The notes under the pieces: model-generated
Databases searched by the model: none
Told to the model about the DNA's origin: nothing
What the model saw: only the letters and a program-made list of their open reading frames with translations
Translations under genes and position numbers: made by a program
IMG/VR virus record: IMGVR_UViG_3300042090_003221
Span: 51,812-115,811 of that record
Reading direction: 5' to 3' (one strand)
DNA length: 64,000 nucleotides
From: a virus
In this document: positions 1 to 9,347 of the stretch, piece by piece
Layout: the number at the start of each line of letters is the position of its first letter
Numbering within the stretch: the stretch's first letter is position 1

Positions 1-61
1 CCGGAGCCCCGAGGGCTTCCACGAGGAGAATTCGCACGCCGGTTCGCTGACATGGAGCCAA

Positions 62-487
62 GTGGATGAGGCTTGGCTGACCTCGCGCGATGACGGCTAT
101 GGCGGCCGGTGCTGGCGGATCCGGATGGCGCCCGAGGGGCAGTTTGAGCCGCCCTTCGACGTGGTGTTGCTGCGCGGCCCGTGGAACGGCGACTATCCCG
201 CGGACTGCGACGCGGTCGCCTACTTCGACATGCGGAAGCGCTACGGGCGCGCCGACAGCCGGCCGCGCCCTTGGCACAAGGAAACGTTCACCGGCGGTGT
301 CTACATGACGCACGACCTCATCGTGCGCTTGCTCGCGCGGTTTCAGCCGCATCTGCGCATCGCGCGCGTCGAGCATCACGGCCGCGTCAGGATCGAGCCG
401 GTGAAGCCCGAATGGGACGCTCCGAAGTTCGTCATCATCGAGCGCGAGCGGCAGGAGTATCTGGCGAAGCGCCAAGCCGCGGAGTGA
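62..487 (+). CDS. Hypothetical protein, antisense to the late genes (may start upstream)
   Basis: 141-aa ORF with protein-like composition; no motif recognised. Confidence 0.55.
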   Translation: MDEAWLTSRDDGYGGRCWRIRMAPEGQFEPPFDVVLLRGPWNGDYPADCDAVAYFDMRKRYGRADSRPRPWHKETFTGGVYMTHDLIVRLLARFQPHLRIARVEHHGRVRIEPVKPEWDAPKFVIIERERQEYLAKRQAAE

Positions 488-499
488 GGCGGGCGAAAA

Positions 500-528
500 T
501 TGACAAACAGGACAAAAAGTCCTAACAT
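500..528 (+). promoter_or_regulatory. Sigma70-type promoter with an embedded palindromic operator
   Basis: TTGACA (500-505), 17 nt, TAACAT (523-528); inverted repeat AGGAC-AAAAA-GTCCT at 509-523. Confidence 0.75.
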
Positions 529-564
529 TCCCCGTACGGGGTTTTACGCAAAAGGACGGAACCG

Positions 565-1011
565 GTGACCCCAACCCTGATCGAGACCGAAGCCTTTGTC
601 CGCCGCCTGTTCTTCGGCGTCGTCGACAAGGCCGGGGAGCCTTACGTCGAGCATTGCGTCCGCGTCATGGAGGGTCTGCCCGCGGCCGCGACGGACGACG
701 AGCGCCACGCCGCGCTCTTGCATGATGTCCTCGAGGACACGGACCTGACCGCGCGCGACCTGCACTTGAGCGGCTACAGCGAGCGGACGGTCTGGCTTGT
801 CCAGCGCTTGACGAAGTGGAAAGGCGCCGACTATGGCGCCTACGTCGCCGCGATCACAGCCTCGCGCGACGCCGGCCTGATCGCCATCAAGCGCGCCGAC
901 CTAAAGGATAATTCCGACCCGGCGAGGCTCGCGTTGCTGCCGGCGCGCGAGCGCGAGCGGCTCGCGGCGAAATATGCGTCGGCGCGGGAGATCTTGGAGG
1001 CATGGAAGTGA
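565..1011 (+). CDS. HD-domain small alarmone hydrolase (SAH, Mesh1/SpoT-hydrolase-like)
   Basis: Motifs DKAGEPYVEHCVRV, AALLHDVLEDT, LTK, IKRADLKDN. Confidence 0.88.
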   Translation: MTPTLIETEAFVRRLFFGVVDKAGEPYVEHCVRVMEGLPAAATDDERHAALLHDVLEDTDLTARDLHLSGYSERTVWLVQRLTKWKGADYGAYVAAITASRDAGLIAIKRADLKDNSDPARLALLPARERERLAAKYASAREILEAWK

Positions 1012-1310
1012 AAACCTCGCACCCGGTAGACGGGCGGACGCTGAGGCGCACGCGCCCGCTGCCTCATGACCCCGCGCTGCGCAAGAGGGCGAGAAAGTTC
1101 TCGGCTCTCCTCAAGGTGCTCGATATGTCCCAGACGCAAGTCGGGCGGTTCCTCGACTTGGACGGGCGCACGGTGCGCCGCTGGGCGTCCGGCGACAGGC
1201 CGATTCCGATCGCCGTCGAGATCGTCCTGACCTACATGGCGAGGAATGGCCTGACGCCGAAGGAGATCCTCGCCGCCTGCAAGATCAAGCGACAGCTGGA
1301 CGTGAGATGA
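1002..1310 (+). CDS. XRE-like HTH transcriptional regulator
   Basis: LDMSQTQVGRFLDLDGRTVRRWASGDRPIP helix-turn-helix. Confidence 0.8.
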   Translation: MEVKTSHPVDGRTLRRTRPLPHDPALRKRARKFSALLKVLDMSQTQVGRFLDLDGRTVRRWASGDRPIPIAVEIVLTYMARNGLTPKEILAACKIKRQLDVR

Positions 1311-1341
1311 GCAGGTTCCTACCGAAGAAAAGGAGACTGAA

Positions 1342-1566
1342 ATGCAATTCAAGATCACGAACTACTGCGACCTCGACGGGGTGCCCGCCGTAGTCGCGAC
1401 GCTGGACACGCCGAAGGGACTCGGAACCTACTGCTTCGAATACGTCGAGGGCCGGTGGCGGGAGCCGGAAGACAACGGCGCCGACGTCATGAGCAAGTCC
1501 CGGGTCGTGACCCAGGACGTCTTCGAGCGCATGTTCCCTGACGTCGGCCTCCCGACGGCGCCGTAA
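1342..1566 (+). CDS. Small acidic protein, candidate antitoxin, convergent on the SAS gene
   Basis: Strong RBS (aaggag); stop codon 1 nt from the stop of the 1568-5194 gene. Confidence 0.65.
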   Translation: MQFKITNYCDLDGVPAVVATLDTPKGLGTYCFEYVEGRWREPEDNGADVMSKSRVVTQDVFERMFPDVGLPTAP

Positions 1567-1567
1567 A

Positions 1568-4500
1568 TCAGGCGACGTTCGGTCGGAAGATCGAATGCCA
1601 AGCCGGATCGAGCTTGTCCTGAACGCCCTTGTAAAGCGCGCTCATCTTGTTGGACAGCTCGGTCCGGGCGACCGGATCCTTTGACTTCTGCCATTCCTGA
1701 TACATATCGTGGCCGCCTTGCTTTTCCTTGGCGTCGAGCATGCCGGGCGCCCACATTTGGACCTCGCCGATCTGGCCGCTCTTGAAGCGCACCATCACCT
1801 TGCGGTCGAAATAGCCCTCTGGCGTCTTCGTCCAGCCCTCGTCGGCGACTTCGAAGTGACGCGCGAGCTGGCGCACCACCTTGTCGCTCTGGTCGGGCAT
1901 CGGGGTGTCGAAGCCGCCGCGCACCGCGTCGTTGACCTCCTGAACGGTCTTGCCGCGCTCGAGCTTCTCCATGATGCGATCGGTCTTCTTGACGCCCGGA
2001 TCCTTCCACTTGAGCCCGATGTCCTGGGCGGCCGCGGCGCAGACGTCGGCGAGCGCCTTCTGATTTTCGGGCGACATCGCGATGAGCTTGTTGACGTCCG
2101 ACGGCGCGGACTTGCGCCAGAGGTTCTTGCGCTCCGACGCCCATTCGGGGCCGTGCGCCTTCAGGCCGGGGCGGTAGGGGCGCGCCTCGGCGACCGCGGG
2201 CGCCGCAGGAGCCGCAGGAGCTGCAGGAGCTGCAGCGGGTTTTGCGGCCGCTGGCGCGGCGGGCTTGGCCGCCTGGGCGGGGGCGGGCTTTGCCGCGGCC
2301 GTTGGCGTCGGCTTCGCGGCGGGGCCGCCAGCGGGCTTCCCTACGGCTTTGGACACGTCAGCCTTCGAGGGCATGGGCTGGTAGCCGGAATGGCCGGTGA
2401 AAATCATGGGGCGGCCCTTGGCGTCTTTCGGCGGCGTGATGGCCTTTTCGCCGCCCTTGGCCTTCGACGCGGGCTTGGCCTCCGACTTGCCGCCCTTGGC
2501 CGGCTTCGCTTTCGCGCCGCCGCCGCCGGATCCGAACTGCCCGGCGTTGCCCGGCTGGCCGCGCTTGTGCTTGCCTTCGTCCCATTTGCCGGCATCGAGC
2601 GCGAGGGCGCGCAGGCCGCGGCGGAGCGGGTCGGCGTCCATCGCCGGCGCCGGGCAGTCGCGCGCAGGCGCACGCGAGGGCTTGGCGGCCGCGGCGAGCT
2701 TGCGCAGGCCGGCGGCGATAGGGCAGGCGTCCATAGCGGCGTCCTTGGCTTTGGGGCGGGCTGCAGGCTTATTTTCTATCGGCGAGACGTTGTATTCAGC
2801 GCCGCCGCGGGCGAATCCTTGCTTCTCGCGCTCGGTCGGGACGTAGGGCTTGCCGGTGCTCGCGTCGATCGGGCCTCCGCCAGATTTAGGGGAGGCCGCT
2901 CCGAATTTAGCCAGTGTTCCCTCGATCTGGCGCTGCAGGTCCGGGCTCTTGCCGTGAACGTGGCCGAGCGCTTGCTGAAGCGCGTCAATGGTCGCCTTGC
3001 GGTCGCCCTTGGCGTTAAACTCGCGCGCCGCGTTGATCGCTGTGTGAGCCGCGACCTCGTGCTGCGGCAAAGGCTTGTCGAGATCGCTCTCGGCGGGCTT
3101 GGCGGGGGAGGGGGAGGCCGCAGCGAGCTTTTCCGGATCGCCACGGCTAAGCCGATCAACAATACCGTGCATGCCGGCGTTCTTCAGCGCCTCAATCGAG
3201 CCGTGCTGCTTCAGGGCCTCGTAGTCTTTGTCGGTCGGCGCTGGCAAATTCGGCGCGCCGGTGATTTGCTGGCGGCCGAGCGACCCCTCCTTGTTCTGCA
3301 TGCGTTGGATATCGGCCCACTCGTGCCCGAAGATCTTCCCGCCGTCGTGGTGATCTTTCGGCGGCGTAGCCGGCTTACGCGCTGTGGCGGGAGCCTTGAA
3401 CTCGGCGGGCTTGGCGGCGGTGCTGCGGTTCGCGCGCGACCACTCTTGTACCGCGTCAACTTGGCTGCGGCCCTTGGCGCGTTCCTGACGGACGTAGTCT
3501 TGCACGCTCATGGACGTCGGCGAACCGCCCGCGGTAGCCTCGGGCTTGGCCGCAGGTTCCTTGGGGTCCTGCGACCCGACCGCCTGCGTCTTGCGCAGCT
3601 GGTGACCGCGCTCGCCGCCGGCGCCCTCCGGGGCGGCTTCGAAGGTGTGCTCGCCGTTCGACCACTGCGGCAACCGGCTGTGTTCGACCGGGTTGAAGCC
3701 GTTTGCCTTCATGTGCGCGTCGAGCTTGGCGAAATGGTCCTTGTCGGAGAAGGAGGCTTGCGACTTGTGGCTCTCGATCGCGCCGCCTTCGCCCGCGACC
3801 CTGCGGTAGCCGAGGCCGCCGAGCTTCAGGCCGGCGCCCTTGCCCTCAGCCGGCTTGCCCTTGGCCGACTGTGAGAACTTCGCGGCCCAGGCGACGTCTG
3901 GATTTCCGGCCGGTTCTTGAGCCGGGGCGGCGTTGCCGGACGCGCCGGCCGCCTCCTTCGGCGGGTCGACCTTCTGGACCTCCCACTTGCCGCTGCCCGA
4001 TCGCTTGTCCGCGTCGCGCTCGGCCGCGGCTTTGTTCACGCTCCAGCCGACGACGTGACCCGCCGGCTGCTCGCCACCTTGGCTGACGACGGCGTAAAGC
4101 GGCTGAGGCTTCGCGCCGCGCTCGGCTTGGCCTGCCCAGAACTTGCGCATCAGGTCGTTGGGTTTAGCCGGCACGCCAGTGCTGGCGCTGGCGGGCTTGG
4201 CGGCTTTGGCGGCGCCCTTGGCCAGGGCGGGGTCGTCGCTGCCGCGCATCTGCTCGTCGAGCAAGGCCTTCTTGTTCTTCAGCGTGGCGTAGCTCTCGCC
4301 GCCGAGCTTTTCGATCTCGGCGTTGGCCTTCGCGTAGTCGCTGAAGTGCTTGTCGCCCTTCGCGCGCGCGGCCCGCGTCGGGCTTCTGATCGCGGCCTCA
4401 TAGGCGCTGTAGGCCTCATGGGCACGGCGCGTTGCGTTTGCGAGATCCTTATCCACGTTGCGCCCGCCCGCGCGCATGGCCTCTTTCTCGGCGTTGCGGG

Positions 4501-5194
4501 CGGCGACGAACTCCTGTTCCAGGGCCTTCATTTCCGGCCCGTTCATCTTCTCGTCGTGGCGCTTGCCGTTCGCGCGCATCGCCTCTTCGTGCATCTTCTC
4601 GGCGGCGGCGACGTCTTTCGTCCGCGTCATGTGCTCGTGCGCTTTGGCGTAAGCCGCCTTGTCGGCCTCGTCGCGCTCCTTGAAGTGCTTGGCGGAGAGC
4701 TCGGAGATCGCGTTCTTGATCTCGTGCGAGGGGCGGGGCGCCTTCGGCTTCGGCTTGTCGCTCAGATGCTCGGAGCCCGGGCCGGAGAACGCGGCGTGCG
4801 CGCTCGTGCGCGAGTTCGCGCGGCCCTTGCCGGCGCCGCGCGCCTCGCCGATCGGCTTCCCGTTGAACTTGCCGCCCATGCCGCCCTTGATCTCGCCGTT
4901 CTCGCCGATCAGGACCGGTGTCCCGGGGCCGTTCGCGTTCGGGTGGACGGTGATCCACTTGTCGGCATCCATCGCGAGCCGCGCGAGGCCGCGCCGCACC
5001 GCTGTATCAAGCGCCATCGTTCCGTCGCCCGCCATCTCTTCCCCCGCGTCATCGTTGTCCGGATAATCGTCCCAGCCGCCGGTCGCGGTGAGCATCTTGT
5101 CGGTGTCGCCGGCGTCCGGGTTGCTGAACTCTTCCTCGGAGATCTCCGGCAGCTCGTAATTCGGGTCTTTCGGGACCGGCATGAGCTTACGCAT
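1568..5194 (-). CDS. Large modular head-cargo-like protein with a C-terminal RelA/SpoT synthetase (toxSAS-like) domain
   Basis: C-terminal VKKTDRIMEK / NDAVR / GYFD / GEVQ / AK..GHDMY; N-terminal LAMDADKWITVH module; internal WDEGKHKRGQPGNAGQF. Start moved to ATG 5194, coupled to the upstream stop. Confidence 0.8.
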   Translation of the reverse strand: MRKLMPVPKDPNYELPEISEEEFSNPDAGDTDKMLTATGGWDDYPDNDDAGEEMAGDGTMALDTAVRRGLARLAMDADKWITVHPNANGPGTPVLIGENGEIKGGMGGKFNGKPIGEARGAGKGRANSRTSAHAAFSGPGSEHLSDKPKPKAPRPSHEIKNAISELSAKHFKERDEADKAAYAKAHEHMTRTKDVAAAEKMHEEAMRANGKRHDEKMNGPEMKALEQEFVAARNAEKEAMRAGGRNVDKDLANATRRAHEAYSAYEAAIRSPTRAARAKGDKHFSDYAKANAEIEKLGGESYATLKNKKALLDEQMRGSDDPALAKGAAKAAKPASASTGVPAKPNDLMRKFWAGQAERGAKPQPLYAVVSQGGEQPAGHVVGWSVNKAAAERDADKRSGSGKWEVQKVDPPKEAAGASGNAAPAQEPAGNPDVAWAAKFSQSAKGKPAEGKGAGLKLGGLGYRRVAGEGGAIESHKSQASFSDKDHFAKLDAHMKANGFNPVEHSRLPQWSNGEHTFEAAPEGAGGERGHQLRKTQAVGSQDPKEPAAKPEATAGGSPTSMSVQDYVRQERAKGRSQVDAVQEWSRANRSTAAKPAEFKAPATARKPATPPKDHHDGGKIFGHEWADIQRMQNKEGSLGRQQITGAPNLPAPTDKDYEALKQHGSIEALKNAGMHGIVDRLSRGDPEKLAAASPSPAKPAESDLDKPLPQHEVAAHTAINAAREFNAKGDRKATIDALQQALGHVHGKSPDLQRQIEGTLAKFGAASPKSGGGPIDASTGKPYVPTEREKQGFARGGAEYNVSPIENKPAARPKAKDAAMDACPIAAGLRKLAAAAKPSRAPARDCPAPAMDADPLRRGLRALALDAGKWDEGKHKRGQPGNAGQFGSGGGGAKAKPAKGGKSEAKPASKAKGGEKAITPPKDAKGRPMIFTGHSGYQPMPSKADVSKAVGKPAGGPAAKPTPTAAAKPAPAQAAKPAAPAAAKPAAAPAAPAAPAAPAVAEARPYRPGLKAHGPEWASERKNLWRKSAPSDVNKLIAMSPENQKALADVCAAAAQDIGLKWKDPGVKKTDRIMEKLERGKTVQEVNDAVRGGFDTPMPDQSDKVVRQLARHFEVADEGWTKTPEGYFDRKVMVRFKSGQIGEVQMWAPGMLDAKEKQGGHDMYQEWQKSKDPVARTELSNKMSALYKGVQDKLDPAWHSIFRPNVA

Positions 5195-6800
5195 GGTCGC
5201 GCCCCTTGTGATCGAACAGCCAGTCGACATGATCTTCGAGCTCTTTCGGCAACGTGCCGCGCTTGTATTCCGGCGACGTTACCAGCGCGGCGAGCTCCGC
5301 GTCGGTTTCTTTGATGTTCGTCGTCGCGTATTCACTGATATTCTCGCGGATCCACTTCTGCCGCGTCGTGTAGTCGATATTCAGCTTTTGCAGCACGCCC
5401 ATAAGCCGGTCGGCTGACCGAACGCTCGATCGTAGGCCAAGGGCGTGCGCGAGTTCATGAACAATAGTCGCGCGCGCTTGGTCTTTGCTCGATGCGCTGA
5501 CGGACCAATTCGCCTTTCCCGCAGCGATGCGCGCGTCGTTGGCTTCGGCTTGCCCTTGATTGAATTCGCCCCGCTTCGACGGGCTGATCGAAAAATACCC
5601 GACATCACCCTTGCCGGGCTCATTCCTGTACCATGCATGGCCGCAGGACTTGCCCGTCGAGCCCGCCGCCAAGACGACATGAGCCTTCGACAGCGCCTTC
5701 TTGACGTCGAAGCCGTCGGCTTCCAACTTCGTCAGCGCGTCATTCACTTGCGAGACGATCTCCCGCATGCCCTTCGCCGAGGCGCCGGACTGCGTGATAT
5801 CGATCGGGGTGTGCCCCTTTATGCGGTAGCCCGGGTCGCTTCGCTTGGCCTCAATGATCTTATTGTATTGCTCACGCTTGGCCTTGCCATCTTCGCCGTC
5901 CTTATCCGGGTGTTTATACCACTCGGAGAACGCCTTCTTGTCGTCGCCGTGCTTAACGCCGTTGATGAAACCGAGGCCGAAGCGCTCTTTCATGTAGTCG
6001 TGAATTTCTTTTGGCGTATCTTTGGCAAACGATTTTCCGCCCGTCGATTCAGCCTTTTTCTTAGTCTTGGGCTGATCCTTTTTGGCTTCTTTTTCGAGGC
6101 GCTTAATTTCGCTTTTGTGTTTATTGTAACCAAAAGCGTGGTTGTTCATTTCATTTCGGCGGGTCTTCGCCCAATCCTTCCACGACAAATAAGCCGCATG
6201 GTGCGCGGCCATCGCCTTGCGGTGTTCGTCGAGCGTTTTGGCGTTCTCGCTGAGTTTGTTGGCCTCATCCGACAGATGGGCCTTCTTGACCCTCTCGAAC
6301 TCGTACGCTTCCTTGCTGCCGTAGGGGTGCGGGTTCTTGGCGCGCGGATCGAACGGCGGCGCTTCCGGCGGCTTCGGCGCTTCGGCGGGCTTCGGAAGCG
6401 CGAGCCGCTTCTCCGGTCCAGGGCCGAGCCAAATCGCCGGCGAGTGCTGGCTGGTCGAGCCGGACTTCGCCGCGCTCTTGCTGCTCGGATTGACGAACTT
6501 GCCGTTGAGCTTGCCGCCGGCGCCGCCGATGATCTGCCCTGCGCCGTTGATCAGCGCGGGCTGACCCTTGTTGTCGGGGCCGTTGGGATGGATCGTGATC
6601 CAGTGCTCGGCGTCCATCGCGAGCCCGCGCCAGCCCGCGGCGTCGTGCGCCGCGCCGCCGAAGCCCGTGAGATCGACGATCTCGGACGTCCCGCGGAAGA
6701 CGACGCCGGCGGCGATCTTCGGCGCGGCGTCGGCGGCAAGGCGCGGCTTTCCCAGCGTAGCGGCGAAAGATCGCCAACCGCTTGCGGATGCGTCGGTCAT
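5187..6800 (-). CDS. Modular protein: shared leader and WITIH module plus a C-terminal zincin metallopeptidase
   Basis: TIVHELAHALG ... ISEYATTNIKETDAE; N-terminal GWRSFAA..KPRLAAD, LAMDAEHWITIH. Confidence 0.8.
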   Translation of the reverse strand: MTDASASGWRSFAATLGKPRLAADAAPKIAAGVVFRGTSEIVDLTGFGGAAHDAAGWRGLAMDAEHWITIHPNGPDNKGQPALINGAGQIIGGAGGKLNGKFVNPSSKSAAKSGSTSQHSPAIWLGPGPEKRLALPKPAEAPKPPEAPPFDPRAKNPHPYGSKEAYEFERVKKAHLSDEANKLSENAKTLDEHRKAMAAHHAAYLSWKDWAKTRRNEMNNHAFGYNKHKSEIKRLEKEAKKDQPKTKKKAESTGGKSFAKDTPKEIHDYMKERFGLGFINGVKHGDDKKAFSEWYKHPDKDGEDGKAKREQYNKIIEAKRSDPGYRIKGHTPIDITQSGASAKGMREIVSQVNDALTKLEADGFDVKKALSKAHVVLAAGSTGKSCGHAWYRNEPGKGDVGYFSISPSKRGEFNQGQAEANDARIAAGKANWSVSASSKDQARATIVHELAHALGLRSSVRSADRLMGVLQKLNIDYTTRQKWIRENISEYATTNIKETDAELAALVTSPEYKRGTLPKELEDHVDWLFDHKGRDHA

Positions 6801-6918
6801 GTGTTGAGCTTCCCCTCGAATGATCAAAACTTCGGCCGATGCGTGGCAGAGGCGAAAAACGCCTTTGACTGCCGAGAGTCTGTGTGTGATGCTCCAATCA
6901 ACCAGGGAGCGTTATGTG

Positions 6919-7137
6919 ATGAAATATACCAAACAAGAATTGGACGAAGCAGCTATCTACGACTTAGCGATCGATGCCCGCACTTCGCGGGAGCAGGCAG
7001 AGAACGGCCCGTATTTTCCAGAAATCGGCATTACCCGCGAAAGCTGCATTGCCTACGCTGAAAAGTGCGAGCGCTCCATTGAGAGATACAAAGACGGTGG
7101 GGCGCACGCGTTTGTCTTGGGCAAAGAATCGCTTTAG
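6919..7137 (+). CDS. Small antisense protein, candidate immunity protein
   Basis: RBS agggag and TTGACT about 50 nt upstream; stop overlaps the stop of the 7134-7904 peptidase. Confidence 0.6.
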   Translation: MKYTKQELDEAAIYDLAIDARTSREQAENGPYFPEIGITRESCIAYAEKCERSIERYKDGGAHAFVLGKESL

Positions 7138-7904
7138 GTCTTCCGGGCCGTCTTAATCAGGTCCGACCACATGGCGTCAGCTAATTTCTGCGCGTGGTCG
7201 GAAAACATGCCGGCAGAGGATTTCTTGGTTTCATACGCGACGAAGCTTTCGGCCATGAACTCGAAAATGTTCTCCGCGCCATACGCTGAGGTCTGATTGT
7301 TAACAATGTTCAACGGACCTTTCCCACTATAACCCAGGTGCCCGTAGACGATTTTCCAGAATTTCTTGAAGCCTATCTTGTCTTCTAGTTTCGACGCGAG
7401 CAGGTGCCCGAATTCATGCGTCATGACGCCGCCGACGGAAGGGTCATTCATCATTCCGTCCCATTCCTTGGCGTATTTTTCTAGGCCTTCTTTTGTCCAT
7501 GCTTTAGGACTCAGATTTATGTTGTTTCCGGAGCGATAAGCCAGCGCTCCCTCGCGTTCGTTTTCTTCTACCTTCGGTGACCCCGCCTCCGGATATTTTT
7601 TCGAAAGCTCGGCGACCCTGGAGTGCGCGACGGTCTTATGGTCATTCTTTCCCCGGACCTCGGAAATGTTTTTGCCCGTAAATTTTCCGCCTAGACCGCC
7701 TTTGACTTCGCCGTTAGCGCCGAGCAATACAGGGGATCCGGGGCCTTCTTTGTTGCCGTGAACTGTGATCCACTTCTCGCCAGCATCCATTGCCAGGGCG
7801 CGCCATCCTGCCCGCGCCGCCCTCACCTTGCCGTCCTGCGCAAGGCGCGGCTTCGCTACAGCGGCGGCAAAGCTTCGCCAACCGCTCGCAAGTGCGTCGG
7901 GCAT
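7134..7904 (-). CDS. Modular protein: shared leader and WITVH module plus a zincin metallopeptidase
   Basis: VMTHEFGHLL ... SAYGAENIFEFMAESF; N-terminal GWRSFAA..KPRLAQD, LAMDAGEKWITVH; C-terminal part visibly AT-richer. Confidence 0.8.
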   Translation of the reverse strand: MPDALASGWRSFAAAVAKPRLAQDGKVRAARAGWRALAMDAGEKWITVHGNKEGPGSPVLLGANGEVKGGLGGKFTGKNISEVRGKNDHKTVAHSRVAELSKKYPEAGSPKVEENEREGALAYRSGNNINLSPKAWTKEGLEKYAKEWDGMMNDPSVGGVMTHEFGHLLASKLEDKIGFKKFWKIVYGHLGYSGKGPLNIVNNQTSAYGAENIFEFMAESFVAYETKKSSAGMFSDHAQKLADAMWSDLIKTARKT

Positions 7905-7939
7905 GGTGTAGAGGTTCCCTGTTTCAGGAGGCGGGTCTG

Positions 7940-8293
7940 ATGATCGACGCGGCGACGCTTGCCGAGGCGCTCCAAATTCCGGAGCGGTTCTTGACGGCGA
8001 CGGATTCGGCGCTTGGCGATTTTGTCGAGGCGCTCAATCTCGCTTCAGAGGCCGTGACTGTGGACACGGGGCGCGGCGCGCGCGCAATACTCCGTCCCGA
8101 CGGGAGCCCTGCCGAAGCCGGCGACTTCCGTCAAGGGGAGCGCATTGAGCTCCGCGAATATCAAGTAGGGAATATGGTCGCGAGCTCGACCGCCGGCCCG
8201 GTCTTCTGGAACGACGGCAGCTTCTTTATCGACGGCGGCGGCAACCGGAAACAGCGCCGGGCGGCGCGGTCTTCGCGCGCTGGTACGCGATGA
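7940..8293 (+). CDS. Hypothetical antisense protein
   Basis: AGGAGG RBS before ATG 7940. Confidence 0.55.
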   Translation: MIDAATLAEALQIPERFLTATDSALGDFVEALNLASEAVTVDTGRGARAILRPDGSPAEAGDFRQGERIELREYQVGNMVASSTAGPVFWNDGSFFIDGGGNRKQRRAARSSRAGTR

Positions 8294-8330
8294 CCGACTC
8301 CGCGAGGGGGCCGTTCAGAGGCGCCGCGGC

Positions 8331-8558
8331 TTAGTTGACCGTGGGCGCCGGCGTGGCGGGCGGCGACACCGGCGCCGCGGGATCGCGCGGGACAGCCGGG
8401 ACGTTGACCCAGAACTCGCCGTCCTGACCCTGCCATTTCTGTTTCAGGCTGCCGTCGGGGCCGAAGCACAGATAGGCCGTCGGGGTCGGATAGGCGCCAA
8501 CCGCGGCGTTGACCGCGGCCTCAGTCGCCTCGATGCTCTCGCGCATTGCATCAACCAT
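8331..8558 (-). CDS. Small hypothetical protein
   Basis: RBS aggagaa just after the MuF stop. Confidence 0.55.
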   Translation of the reverse strand: MVDAMRESIEATEAAVNAAVGAYPTPTAYLCFGPDGSLKQKWQGQDGEFWVNVPAVPRDPAAPVSPPATPAPTVN

Positions 8559-8573
8559 AGTCTCTTCTCCTTG

Positions 8574-9347
8574 TTAAAACGGGATAATCGGCTCTCCGAC
8601 GCATCGGCAATTGAAGATCTGGCCGGGCAGGGAGTGATGGTCCGGGGGATCGCAGAGCGGCGGGTTGAGGTATTCAAACGCTTTGCCGTTCAGCCTGCGG
8701 TGACCGGGGCGGACATCGGAGTCGCCGATCGTGCGCCAGATGAAGTGGGTGCATCCGATCGACTGCGCCCGGGTCTGCGTCAGCACGCTCCCGGTGCGGG
8801 CAACCTCGGTGCGCGCGATCAGCGTCGCCCTCGAGCGCGAGACCTCGCCGGTGCGCATGATCTCGGCGATGTAGGCCGCGGGTCGCTTCCCCTCGGTGAT
8901 GCCGGCGAGCGTGACCTTGCGGACGCGCTCCGCGGCCTCGCGCGGAATCGAGGTGATGAGCGAGGTCTGCTCGTTGAGCAGCGCCTGCATGACGCCGCCG
9001 ACGGGGGTGTCGTCGATCTCGCGCCGCAGGTTGCGGCCGATGCGCGCCGCGGCCTCCTTCCAGCCCTGGAGGTCGCGCGAAGACATCTCGGTGATCATGC
9101 GCGTCGTCACGGAGCGCGCCCAGGGATCAAGGATCTTGGCGTATTGCTCGAGCTGGATCTGGACCGCCTCATAGACCGCGGGGTCGGTGAGGTCGAACCC
9201 CGCGATGAGGTCTTGAACGACCTGCGCCACCTTGCGGAGCTGGCGCGCGTACTTGCCCTCGACAACGCGGGCGCGCTTGTACGCCTTGCCGGCCGGAGTG
9301 TCTCCGGCGCGGTCGAAGGCGTGGTCGAGGCGGACGAGGGCGTTCAC
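8574..9347 (-). CDS. Phage head morphogenesis protein (MuF / SPP1 gp7 family)
   Basis: RATLIARTE, WRTIGDSDVRPGH, PGQIFNCRC; GTG start overlaps the upstream TGA. Confidence 0.92.
   Translation of the reverse strand: MNALVRLDHAFDRAGDTPAGKAYKRARVVEGKYARQLRKVAQVVQDLIAGFDLTDPAVYEAVQIQLEQYAKILDPWARSVTTRMITEMSSRDLQGWKEAAARIGRNLRREIDDTPVGGVMQALLNEQTSLITSIPREAAERVRKVTLAGITEGKRPAAYIAEIMRTGEVSRSRATLIARTEVARTGSVLTQTRAQSIGCTHFIWRTIGDSDVRPGHRRLNGKAFEYLNPPLCDPPDHHSLPGQIFNCRCVGEPIIPF

Noticed and set aside
1709-7061. Long plus-strand ORFs (1709-3874, 3917-5314, 5445-7061) and similar ones elsewhere (12443-14077, 57234-59306, 59934-61313)
   Set aside because: Shadow or alternative-frame ORFs typical of high-GC DNA; they overlap genes with clear motifs.
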